A stretch of DNA of 64,000 bases, from NCBI RefSeq assembly GCF_963921235.1, contig NC_086118.1, positions 51,646,001-51,710,000 of the forward strand. The letters run 5' to 3'. The notes under the pieces were generated by a model, which saw only the letters and a program-made list of their open reading frames with translations, was not told the DNA's origin and searched no databases. The DNA comes from Mobula hypostoma (lineage: Eukaryota). The translations under genes and the position numbers were made by a program. Below, piece after piece: positions 50,446-61,974 of this stretch; positions within the stretch are counted from its first letter, which is position 1, and each line of letters starts with the position of its first letter.

Positions 50446-51679
50446 CCCACCTCATAAAAACTCCCCTCACCTTGCCGACCTTGATTTTGTTAGTGTTTCC
50501 CAGTGCACGTGTCCGATGCCAGTCAGAAAATGTTCGGCAACAGTCTCCTGCCCCGGTGAAGTGGCAGAATGTCCCAAATGCACAAAGGGAATCCTGGCAA
50601 CTTTCTCCATGAGTTTTTGTTCGTTAAGATTTGCCCCAAATAACCAGCTGCCCTCATTAACCAGACTCCATTGTAATACGCGGATCTGCGAGATCTCAGT
50701 GGTGAAGCTGGGGGAAGATGACGACACATCACAATTGTGAAAGGGATCGACAAGATGGAGGCAGGAAAGTTGTTTCCACTGGTAGGTGAGACTAGAACTA
50801 GGGGACACAGCCCCAAGATTCGGGGGAGTAGATTTAGGACAGAGACTGCTCTTCCCAGAGTGGTGAATCTGTGGAATTCTCTGCCGGATGAAGCAGTGGA
50901 AGCTGCCTCAGTAAGTATATTTAAGACAAGATTGGATAGATTTTTGCAGAGTAGGGGAATTAAGGGTTATGGGGAAAAGGCAGGTAGGTGGAGATGAGTC
51001 CATGGTCAGATCAGCCATGATCTTATTGAATGTCGGAGCAGGCTCGACGGGCCAGATGGCCGACTCCTGCTCCTATTTCTTATGTTCTTACAACGGCAGT
51101 GAAGTCGTAGTCCCAGTCATCTGTCATTCCGATCTGTCAAGGCCCGTGTGGTGGCTGACCACACACACGCTCCCCACGTTTAACAAAGTCACGCACAGGC
51201 GTTCTCCATCCACAATCCACAGCCCCTGAGAACATCACACTTGACTAGAGTAATCACACTTCTAGGTCTCCAGAAGGCAACTGGCAAAGGGTCACCTCAC
51301 TCTAACACCACCCCGCTGGTTTGTGTCTTTCAGGGTCGAACGGAGGCAGAATCTTTTGTGGCTGCTGTACTTTATGCTCCCAGTTTCCTCAGGTCAGCCA
51401 GTTAATCTAGGCTTGTGGTCTCCATGTCATCGTTGCCCTCCCAGAAACATTTCCTTCCTGGTGCTCATCTTCACTTGCCCCATTATTTGCCCACCCTGGC
51501 AGCTTGTTGCCTGCTCCACTGTTTCTGTGGAATGAGCTGGGCACGCTACGTTGGTGGCAGATGCATGGCATCACTTGCGGGCTTCCCCCCAGTGTAATTT
51601 CTGGGCCGCGTTGGTCATTGGCACAAACGACACATCTCACGCCTTGCTGTAGACGTGACAAGTAAATCTGTATCTGTTA

Positions 51680-52236
51680 TTGAGGCCTCCGTCGGTCAGG
51701 GTCGACCATGGATGTTGTGTCCTACCTGTCTGGATACACAAGCCTGGGCAGTACGATATGGAGGGCAAGATGTTGCCCCGTGTAGCAAGCTCCCCCTCTC
51801 CTCACATCTGATGAACCCAAAGGAACGGCAGAGACCGATGCAGTTTGGCGCCAGGGGTGTCGCAGGAGTTGCCAGTCAGTGCCAAACTCAACGTTGGACT
51901 CCTCCGGATTTTTCCCTTGGGGTTTACTCCTGAAGCCTTCCCCATGAGTGCGTAGAGCCGCAAGGCAGCGGAGGTTTGAAATCAGAGTTTTCCTTCTCCT
52001 AGATGAGCTGCCAACCACGGCTGACGAGCTGCATCTGCCTAAAGCAACTGGTTTTAAGATGCCAGTCGCCCGCCTTTGGCCCTTCTCCTGTCAGTAGAAA
52101 CAGTTCCACTGGGCTTAGTAGCTAAGCCACACGTGAAGGCCAGCAGCTGGACTGGGTTGTCAGAGGCTATTTGAGGTGCACACCATTGGGAGTATTTAAT
52201 AGGTAGTGGGAGCTTGTCCCCATTAGCACCCTGGCC
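51680..52236 (-). mobile_element. Unclassified short non-autonomous retroposon (RTE-tail type)
   Basis: The 3' end (...catccatggtcgaccctgaccgacggaggcct) resembles the tail of the SINE at 38216-38512. No ORF. Confidence 0.5.
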
Positions 52237-52705
52237 GTATCTGTTAACCGTGGCTGTTAAAGGCGCAGAAGTGCCCGGTGGTAACCATCAAGACAGAGTC
52301 TAACTACCTGCCCTTGGCTTGCAATGGCATTGGCACCACTGACCCCCTCAACACCGCCACTGTCGACATCCTGGGGTGGAACAGCATGAGATGGGACTCC
52401 TGCGGTGAACGACTCATCTCCTACACCCCAGATCCTTTCTGGCACCTCAGCTCAGCTCCCCAGTCCAGGGTCCCCTCTTGCAGTGAGTGAGGGCAGCTCC
52501 AACACCATCCAGAAGAAAGCGGAGCTTTGATTGGCACCCATCAACCGCTCTAAACTTTCGTCCCCTTCATCCCCAGAGAAGGCACGGTGCACCATTTTTA
52601 TAATACACGGGGGAAGGGGCGGCACGGGATGGGGGTGTGGGTAAAGGTGTTGGGGGGGGAAGGTCAGTCAAAGAGGTGAGGAGATACAGGTGCTGCGGTC
52701 CTCAC

Positions 52706-52805
52706 CTATGATGAGAAGCACATTCCTCCTCTTCTGCTGCGCCCTCGAACTACCGATCCCCACGAGCAGCCAGACCCAGAAGATGTCACCAAACGGCGAC
52801 ATCAT
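52706..52805 (-). CDS. SGSH: N-sulfoglucosamine sulfohydrolase (sulfamidase), exon 1
   Basis: MMSPFGDIFWVWLLVGIGSSRAQQKRRNVLLII: signal peptide plus the sulfatase N-terminal strand. Phase-1 donor G|GTGAG. Confidence 0.88.
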
Positions 52806-52889
52806 TGTGAACCGGAGTTCTCGTAACTCTAATGATCAGCGTGCCTGCTCCTCGATCCGCTTGCAATCGGATGGACTGCGCACTAACCA

Positions 52890-53060
52890 GCCATGACCAA
52901 TCTGCGAACTCACTGAACAAATTCAATCAAGTAATTAAACCCCAGCAGCGGCTCTTCCCAGAGCCCGCCGGCCTCCCGGAAGTGAACGCGATACATTGTT
53001 GGGAGTGGTCACATGACGGTGTGATCATGTGACCGGCTCTGTGATGTTGTGGGTGAGTGG
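52890..53060. promoter_or_regulatory. Bidirectional SGSH/SLC26A11 promoter with CCAAT, ETS and paired CLEAR/M-box motifs
   Basis: CCAAT 52897-52901, CCGGAAGTG 52976-52984, GTCACATGAC 53008-53017 and ATCATGTGAC 53024-53033. CpG-rich. A plus-strand donor GTGAGT at 53053 may end a non-coding SLC26A11 exon 1. Confidence 0.7.
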
Positions 53061-53915
53061 GGACGGTGGGGAAGAGTCGGGTGGCTGAGGTGTGAGGGTG
53101 AGGGTAGTGATTGAGTTGGGGTGGCCGCCCGGTAATTGTGGACGCTTCCTTCCCTCTGTGCCCTGCCTGTTACACCCTCCACCTCAACGCCACCGGGAGG
53201 GGGACGGACTCGGTACAGTACTCTGAAATCGTTTCAAAATACTTCTGCCGGTTCGCCCCAGCGTTTTGATTATTTCTTTGCAAATATGTTCGAGCTTTTG
53301 AAGTGATTTGATTTGGCGCAAACGGCGCACTTCCCGGTAGGTTTGAATGTGGATGGGATCTAACGCTAACCTTTCTAATGGAGGAACACACACAAAATAC
53401 TGGCGGATCCCGGCAGGTCGGGCAGCATTTGTGGAAGTGGATAAACTCGAAGTTTAGGGGGCGAGACCCTCCTTCAGAACTGGGCATCAGCTGCGGAATC
53501 TCTAGTGTTTTATGATCTTTCCAATGAGGTTGCCAAGTTTGATCGTGTTGGTATCGCTGGTTCTGGTCACACTTTGTGTGTGTATGTTTTTATCTTTCTT
53601 TACATCTCTCTCTTCGGTCTCTTTGCCCCCCGATCTTATCCTGTAACTTCCTGTTGGGGTTTATCAACAAGCATATTTGTGGTCGGTTAGTGGTTCCTTT
53701 ACTGAGACAATGTAATTTGAAATCAGCCCAGCGGACGTTGCGTAAATGCTGATTGTTTCAGAATGGTGTGAGGCTGGTCAAACCGTTCTGGGTCTGTTTT
53801 ATTTGCTGTGTGTGGGTTACTAGCAAGGTTAGCGGTGATTTTTCAGACCAACAACCTCCCCTCCCCGTCGCCCTTAAAATGGCGGTGAGCTGCGCCCGCC
53901 CCCTCCCCTTGTACT

Positions 53916-54901
53916 CAGACATCCCACCCTGCAAAAACTCATTTCAGAGAGGTAGCACCATCACCCCCGCCCCGGCCGACCTCCAAGGGTGTATGTATAC
54001 AGGACATTTGATTATGAAAGAACACAACAATTTATTTTATCACATATTGAAACAATTTACTTACTTACACTCTCACTCTCACATATATACATTCCTTGTT
54101 GAGTATTTTGTTGGTAGTCTCAATGCTAAATGCTAATACAAATAGCTTTTCTATTTCTTTTGTAAACTTTCCTTGTACTGTGATGTGGCTTGCTTGGCAG
54201 ATTTGAGCATTTTGCCGGAAGTCTCAACCTCATAGCAGTATGTGTGAATGAATTTGTTAATTTTGCAAGACATCAGATTGACAAGATTCACTATTATATT
54301 ATCACGGAGTTTTTTTATTTATTCTATTACAACTTTAAGCAAGTCTACAGGGAGTTTGGCCTCATGACGTAGGACATCAATAGCGGAGCCCCTTAGCAGT
54401 CAGCCAGCTAGTTTAAATAACGTTAGCTATGCTAATGAACGAATGACACCTGTTAAACTCATCTCAACATGTCTTTGACAGTCTTAACCCACCACGGGCA
54501 ATAGAAAAGTCACTGTTGCAAACAGTGCAGTGAGCAACACTGTCATTATTTTAGGTAGGGGTACACTTTAGGGTAGTCTGGGGTGACGTACGTTTTATAT
54601 TTTCTTTTTTTGGAACACTCTGCCACGGCGCTGCAGGACACTAAACTGAACTGGTGGACAATGAAAGAGAGAGAGAGGTCGACTGTAAAGCCCGCCCACA
54701 GAGAAAACTGATTGGTCTACTTAGCACAACGAGAGACCAATCAGGACGCTCTCTCTCTCTCACTCTAGCTACTTCGGTCATCCCCTCCCCCTCCCCCAAA
54801 AAAATCCATTTCCGGGATATTGTGTATAATTTGCGGGCATCAGGGAGACGCTATTAATATGCGGGAGACTCCCGGAACTTCCGGGAGAGGTGGGATGTCT
54901 G
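53916..54901. mobile_element. Non-autonomous DNA transposon with 13-bp TIRs and 6-bp TSD
   Basis: TGTACT|CAGACATCCCACC ... GGTGGGATGTCTG|TGTACT. Confidence 0.85.
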
Positions 54902-57284
54902 TGTACTCATCCTGGTGAAGGTGTTCCCGGTGTTGAAGGGTAGGGTGTCTGGAACGTGCTGCCCAGGGTGGTGGCAGAGGTTGATAAATGAGGTCTTGAA
55001 GGGACCCTTAGATGGTAGAAAAAATGGAGGGCGATGGAGGAGGGAAGGGCTAGGTTGATCTTGGAGCAGGTTGGTGGGCTGAATGGCCTGCACTGATTCA
55101 GATCCGTGTGTTTATCACCTCTACACGTGAAATGCGTCGTTTGAGGTGACAGCCAACGCCCGCAAGCGTTGCCAGAATAACGCGGAACACAGCAACCACA
55201 AAATCACAACAGCAAGGCAAGTCCCTCTCCGCCCTCCCACACTACGGATAGTTCTCCATCCACAGGAGAGGCCTCCGGGCTTTCAGCCATCGAGCTTTAA
55301 TGTTCAGACTTCTGATCAACCTTCAGGCTTTGATCTTTGGTATTGACCCCTGGACCATCGGATGGTGGATCCTGGAGACTCCAAACTCGCCAGTTCTCCT
55401 GCTGTGGTCTGTATAGGTCAGTATAACATTGTGGGCCGAAGGGCCCGTAATGAGTTGAACTGGCCTGTGTTCTAGGCTCCCAGCCTCTATGAGTGTGTAC
55501 CCAAGTTGGCAATAATCTTCTAAAGAAAATTCTTGTACACCATGATAATTTGGACAGAGATTGTCATTAATAAATGATTATTAACAATAATTATGGACTT
55601 TTTGAAGGGGGGAAAAGGAAGGGTCTAGTTGCTCATGAGGCAAATACAATAGGGTCTTTTCAGAGACTCTTGGACAGGTACATGGAACTTTGAAAAACAG
55701 AGGGTGATGCGGAAGGGAAACTCGAGGCAGGTTCTAGAGTAGGATACATGGTCAGCACAATGTTGTGGGCCAAAGGGCCTGTAATGTGCTGCAGACTTGT
55801 ATGTTACGTGTATTCAACATTTTACTGCTTCATTTGGCAGTAACGATTATCATTAAGTATCCTTTAATGATGGGTGAGATTTGAGAATCGGGGATGGCAC
55901 TGAAGTGGCAAGACGCGTAATTGTGTTAATGTGCAGAGGGTCCTGGGGTCCGCATCTGTTGCTCCCCAAAAGTGGCTGAACAGGTTGATAGGCTGGTGAA
56001 GACGGTGTATCCATGATTGCCTTTGTTAGTTGAAGTGTTCAGTTCAAGTGTCGGAAAGTTACGTTGCAGCTTTATAAAACTCTGGTTAGGCTGCATCTAC
56101 GGTATTGCGTTCAATTTTGGTTGCCCATTATAGGAAGATTGTGGAGGCTTTGGTTTACAAGGCTGCCAGCTGATCAGAGGGGCATGTGTTATATCGAGAG
56201 GTTGGGACAAATCTGGGTTGCTTTCTCGGGGGTGGTGGAGATTCAGAGAAGATCTGAGAGAAGATTATGAAATGCTGGGTAGAGTGGACAGCTGGTATCT
56301 TCTTTTCCCTTTTCCGGGGTTGAAATGCCTGACACCAGAGGGCACGCACTCGAGGCGAGAGAAGGCAAGTTGAAACGCAACGTGCAGGACAAATACAGAG
56401 CGGTGGGTGCCTGGAATGGGGGCAAATACAAGCATTTAAGAGGCTCTTAGGGAGGGATGTGAATGTGCAAAGAATGGAGGATATGGAGATTGTATGGGCA
56501 AAAAGGATTAGCTTACTTGGGCATTTAATTCCAAGTTTAATTAGTTTGGTACGCACTCTGGACTGGAGAGTTGATTCCTGTGCTGTCCTATCCCGGGGTG
56601 GTGAACCCATGACAGGTGCAAACATCTTGTTAGCAAGCGGCGAGTGGTACTGCCTTCGATTCTTTAAACCACACCCGTGATAAAAAAGTACATAACGATT
56701 ATCTTTACTGCCAAATGAAGTGGCCAGTAAGTTTTGCATTCTGAGAGCAGTAAGAGGTTATCACAGGAAACGTCACATGCTGGCTTACTGCCAGCTGGTT
56801 GGTTGCAAACACACGTGATGTTGCATGGTGCATTTTAAAATCCTCACAGACCTGGTATTTGTACAGTGTTTGAATTGTAAATGGTGACAATAGCAATGCA
56901 ATTTGGAAGTATTATTTTCCAATTGCCATTTAAAAAGATTAGTATCAATTTTCGAACAGATTTTCTAAAATACTCATTTAACTCAATCTGTCTCTGTTGT
57001 ACTTTTAACAGTAAAAGACAAGTAGACATAAATAACGAACAAGACTCGTTCCTCTTCCTTAAATTCCACAAATGTTGTTACTAATTCATTAGTCATTGAT
57101 CTCCATTCAAAATTTTTATGAAGACTTTTGCCAATTTGGCCACGCTCTCAAAAAGATCCCTCACCCCTGTAATCTAAATGTTTACGGATGCACCCAAGTC
57201 TAGACTGGAGTCAGGTAAACGTCCTAGTAGTAACTACCCTCTCAGAACCGACTAAAGCAGGATATCATCTATTGAACATCATTC

Positions 57285-58110
57285 CAAATCAGAATCGGGT
57301 TTAATATCATCAGCACACGTCATGAAACCTGTTAACTTTGCAGCAGCGGTACATGATAAATACAGAAAGAAAACTGAATTACAGTAAATATATATGTTTA
57401 TGTCTAGTACAAAAACAGAAATTTTTAAAAAAGTATTGAGGTAGTGTTCAAAGGTTCAATGTCCATTCAGAAATCGGATGGCAGAGGGGAAGAAGCTGTT
57501 CCTGAATCGCTGAGTGTGTGCCTCCTACCTGATGGTAGCAATGAGAAGAGGGCACATCCTGGGTGATGGAGGTTCTTAATAATCGACACCGCCTTTCTGA
57601 GGCACCGCTCCTTGAAGATGTCCTGGATACTAAGGAGATGATGGAGCTGACTAATTTTACAACTTTCTGCAGCTTACTTTGATCCTGTGCAGTAGCCCCC
57701 CAATGCTGGGCGGTGATGCAGCCTGTCAGAATGCTCTCCACGGTACATCTATAAATCTCCTCAGACTCCTAATGAAATATAGCCGCAGTCTTGTCTTCCA
57801 CTGATGCATTGGATCCAGGCTAGGTCCTCCGGGAACTTGAAATTGCTCACTTTCTCCACATCTGATCCCTGTACGAGAATTGGTGTGTGTTCCCTCGTCT
57901 TGCCCTTCCTGAAGTCCAGAGTCAGCTCTTTGATGCGTGGAGTGCAAGGTTGTTGCTGCAGCACCACCCAACCAGCTGCTATATCTTGCTCTTGTACGTC
58001 CTCTTGCCACTCTCTGAAATTCTGCCAACAATGGTTGTATCATCGGCAAATCTATAGGTGGCATTTAAACTATGCCTAGCCACACAGTCAGTGGATGTAG
58101 AGAGAGAGTA
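57285..58110 (-). mobile_element. Rex1/Babar-type LINE 3' fragment
   Basis: DCVARHSLNATYRFADDTTIVG, KELTLDFRKG and ESILTGCIT. Confidence 0.8.
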
Positions 58111-58700
58111 GAGAAGCACAGCAGGAGAAACAAGCCCTTTGGGCCGTCGAGACCATTCTGACCTGTTATTCTGTCTGGTGCCATCGTCCTGCGCCTGGAC
58201 CATAGCCCTCCTCTCTCTTATCCAAACTTCACGTAAATGAAATCAAATCCACACCACTTCTGCAAGCAGCTCGTTCTACACTCACACCAGTCTCTGAGTG
58301 AAGAAGCTCCCCCTTCAGTTTCTCCTCAAGTATTTCACTTTTCACCCTTAACCTATGAACTAGTGTAGTCTCATCCAATTAGAGTTTTACCTTAGCTATA
58401 CCCTTCATAATTTTGGATACAGTACCTCTGTCAAATCTCCCCTCATCCTCCATGCTCTAGGGAGTAAGTTCCTAACCTGTTGAACCTTTCCCTATAACTC
58501 GGGCCCTCAAGTCCTTGCGAAAACTGATTTTTACACCTCTATGTCCTTCAGGGATCCCGGGACGACGAGCGGAGGCCAGGCCGTTTCTGAAACCATCGGC
58601 AGACTGAAGAGTGATGTCATCGCACGATCCCCAGGCTGCTCCGGTGCGAATCGCTTGGCGAGACCTGCCCTCGGGCGGTGGGAGAGGCTCTTAAGGCAAG

Positions 58701-58886
58701 ATGGCGTCCGCGCTGAGGAGCGCGTGCTCCCGGCGCACCTTGCAGAGATGCTTCCCGATCCTGGCGTGGCTGCCCCGCTACTCGGCTGGGTGGCTGCGGA
58801 TGGACGTCCTGGCCGGAGTGACCGTGGGGCTGACCGTGGTCCCTCAGGCCCTGGCCTACGCCGAGATCGCTGGTCTTCCTGTTCAG
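58701..58886 (+). CDS. SLC26A11: Sodium-independent sulfate anion transporter SLC26A11, first coding exon
   Basis: MASALRSACSRRTLQRCFPILAWLPRYSAGWLRMDVLAGVTVGLTVVPQALAYAEIAGLPVQ|gtagt, an SLC26 N-terminal signature. Probable exon acceptor tccttcag| at 58551. In-frame TAA upstream at 58692. Confidence 0.92.
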
Positions 58887-60142
58887 GTAGTCCTATGGCT
58901 GGTCTTTGTCCTAGTGAATGACCTCAGGTTTATCACCTCTGACACGCGTTGTGACGCTTCTTGTTCTGGGCAACAGTACAATCCCTTAAAAATTACTGTA
59001 GGATCACCTACCTAAACTTAAAAATAATGCAAGAAGAGCGCAAAATGGTGAGGTAGTACTCCTGGGTTTATGGACCATTCAGAAATCCGATGGCAGAGGG
59101 GGGAAATGTTACTCCTAAATCATAGAGCGTGTGTGTCTTCAGGCTGCTGTACCTCATCCCCTGACGGTAGCAATCAGAAGAGGGCGTGTCCTGGAACGTG
59201 AGGATCCTGCATGGTGGCTGCTGCCCGTTTGATAGCGGATAGACGAGTCTCCATGATCAGAGCGGCAGCCAGTTCCAATTGGAACTGATGCTGGAAACAC
59301 TCAGCAGGTCAGGCAGCCTCTGTGGAGAGGGAAGCCATTTCAATTCCCCCTCCCTGAGAGCTTGCTGCTAACTGTAGTTTGGCGAGCAGCTCTGGGCTGC
59401 GGGGTTGCTTCAGCGACTGGCGCTCCAGCGCAGAGACGTGCTGTCGCAGATGCCGTCCGTCGGGCGTGAGCCCCCGTCTGAAAACCCAAGATACTGCAGA
59501 CGTTGCAAGTCTGAGATTTAAAGCGGAGATAATCCTGGAGAGAGGAACAGAGCTGACGATCACTGACCTAAAACGTTCGCTCTTCCCCTCTCTCCGGACG
59601 CTGCCTAACCAGCTGAGTTCTCTCAGTTCCGGTCACCTCCAGTTGGAGGTGGAAATTCTCTCTGGTGGCCAGTGGGAGAAGTATAGGATCTTGCTAATTT
59701 TGCCCTTCCACTGCCTCAGCAACCTTGCCTTTGGCCAGAATGTTTTGAAAAGGTGGACAATCGGGCATGGCCTTCCGTTAGAGTCATGGGGTAATGCAGC
59801 TCAGAAATAAACAATGGGCGCCACAGTAGGGTGGCGGTAGTGTGAAACTGTCACGGCTCGGGGCGTCGGAGTGTGCAGTTCGATTCTGGCACTGTTGGTA
59901 AGGAATTTGTACGTTCTCCTCGTGACTGCACGGGTCTCCAGATGTCTTGGTTTCTTCCCACAGTCCAAATACGTACGGGTTGGTATGTTAATTGGTCATT
60001 GTAAGTTGTCCTGTGATTAGGCCGGGGGTTAATGGGTGGGTTGGTGTGTAGTGCGGCCATCCCCCAGTCTCCAGTGTTCCAGGAAGTACAGTTTAGTTTG
60101 GAGATACAGCTCTGTAGCAGGTTCTCCCAGCCCACGAGTCCA

Positions 60143-60580
60143 CACTGCCCATTAAACTATTAACCCATGTGGCTTTGGAATGTGCCCACTGCCCATTAAA
60201 CAATGAACCCCTATGGCTTTGGAATGTGCCCACTGCCCATTAAACTATTAACCCGTGTGGCTTTGGAATGTGCCCACTGCCCATTAAACTATTAACCCGT
60301 GTGGCTTTGGAATGTGCCCACTGCCCATTAAACGATGAACCCGTATGGCTTTGGAATGTGCCCACTGCCCATTAAACTACTAACCCGTGTGGCTTTGGAA
60401 TGTGCCCACTGCCCATTAAACTATTAACCCGTACGGCTTTGGAATGTGCCCACTGCCCATTAAACTATTAACCTGTATGGCTTTGGAATGTGCCCACTGC
60501 CCATTAAACGATTAACCCGTACAGCTTTGGAATGCGCCCACTGCCCACTAAACGATTAACCCTACGGCTTTGGAATGCGC
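60143..60580. repeat. Minisatellite, 44-bp unit, ~10 copies (SLC26A11 intron)
   Basis: CCCACTGCCCATTAAACTATTAACCCGTGTGGCTTTGGAATGTG repeated. Confidence 0.95.
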
Positions 60581-61304
60581 GTGGATACCGGAGCACCTGG
60601 AGGAAGCCCATGAGGTCACGGGGAGAACCTGCAAACTCCTTGCGGACAGCAGTGGGAAGTGGCGCTATTATGGTGTTACGTTAGCTTCTAGGCTGTGGTG
60701 CCTCCCCCGTCCTTGGGATTATTCCGAATCCAGGTTTCAGTTTATTCCAGTCCGAGCAACGTGACTTGTTTCACTTCATTAAATGTTAGGAAGAGCCAGA
60801 GGGTGGTGACTCATTTCCACAGGCAGCTGTGGAGGCCGAGTCATTGAGTGTATTTAAAGCAGAGGTTGATAGGTTCTTGATTAATAGGGTGTCAAAGGTT
60901 ATGGGGAGAAGGCAGGAGAATGGGGTTGAGAGGGAAAATAAATCAGCCATGATGGAATGGTGGAGCAGACTCAAAGGGCCGAATGGCCTATTTCTGTTTC
61001 TATGTCCTATTGACTTATGGAAAATTCTCTGCCTCAGAATACAGGGACAGAGATAAGGAATTTCTTTATCCAGATGGTGGTGAATCTGTGGAACTTACTG
61101 CTACAGACAGCTGTGGAGGCTACGTCACTGGGTATATTTAAAGCAGAGGTTAATAGATTTTTGATTAGTAAGAACATCAAAGGTTATGGGGAGATGGCAG
61201 GAGAATGGGGTTGAGAGGGATAATAAATCAGCAATTGTGGAATGGTGGAGCAGACTCGATGGGCTGACTATCCTAATTCTACTATGTCGTATGGTCTTAA
61301 GTAC

Positions 61305-61606
61305 TTGCTGTGTGTTGGGACATTTGCCTGGTTTCCATTTCAGTACGATGTCTGTGTGTTGGGACCTTTGTCTGGTTTTCATTTCAGTACAATGTCTGTG
61401 TGTTGGGACCTTGTTTGATTTCCATTTCTGTACAATGTCTGTGTGTTGGGACCTTTGTCCGGTTTCCATTTCAGTACGATGTCTGTGTGTTGGGACCTTG
61501 TTTGATTTCCATTTCTGTACAATGTCTGTGTGTTGGGACCTTTGGTTTCCATTTCAGTACGATGTCTGTGTGTTGAGGATCTTTGTCTGGTTTCCATTTC
61601 AGTACG
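61305..61606 (+). repeat. Minisatellite, ~44-bp unit, ~7 copies, containing the SLC26A11 splice acceptor
   Basis: TGTCTGTGTGTTGGGACCTTTGTCTGGTTTCCATTTC(A/T)GTAC(G/A)A repeated. The last copy supplies the functional AG|TAC. Confidence 0.95.
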
Positions 61607-61795
61607 GTCTCTATTCCTCCTTTATGGGCTGCTTTGTTTACTGTCTGCTTGGCACCTCGAAGGACATCACCCTGGGCCCGACGGCGATCATGTCTCTCCT
61701 CGTCTCCACGTACGCTCGCCATGACCCGGTGTATGCTGTGCTGCTGGCTTTCCTCTGCGGCTGCATTCAGCTAGTGATGGGAGTCCTGCGCCTCG
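61603..61795 (+). CDS. SLC26A11: SLC26A11 second coding exon (193 nt); gene continues beyond the window
   Basis: YGLYSSFMGCFVYCLLGTSKDITLGPTAIMSLLVSTYARHDPVYAVLLAFLCGCIQLVMGVLRL(G). tttcag|...G|gtaag. Confidence 0.95.
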
Positions 61796-61974
61796 GTAAG
61801 TTCCCGGCCTCGAACTCAATGGTGACCATTGATGTTCTTTTCCCCGTCTGTGTGAGCACCTTTGGGCCCTTTATCGGAGGAAGGATGCGCTGGCGTTGGA
61901 GAGGGTTGTGAGAATGATCCCAGGAATGAAAGGGTTAACTTGTGAGGAGGATTTGATGGCTGTGGAGGTTAGAA

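Noticed and set aside
52040-52236. Possible HDV-like ribozyme at the 5' end of the 51.7-52.2 kb retroposon (GGCCAG/CUGGCC pairing, UUCACGU)
   Set aside because: Elements are not in HDV order, and no GG J1/4 or convincing J4/2 was found.
53876-53890. ATGGCG|GTGAGC as a coding micro-exon 1 of SLC26A11
   Set aside because: Splicing to the 58552 acceptor is out of frame with the SLC26A11 CDS and reaches a stop.
60143-61606. Regularly spaced repeats superficially like CRISPR arrays
   Set aside because: Head-to-tail units without unique spacers, in a vertebrate intron with no cas genes.
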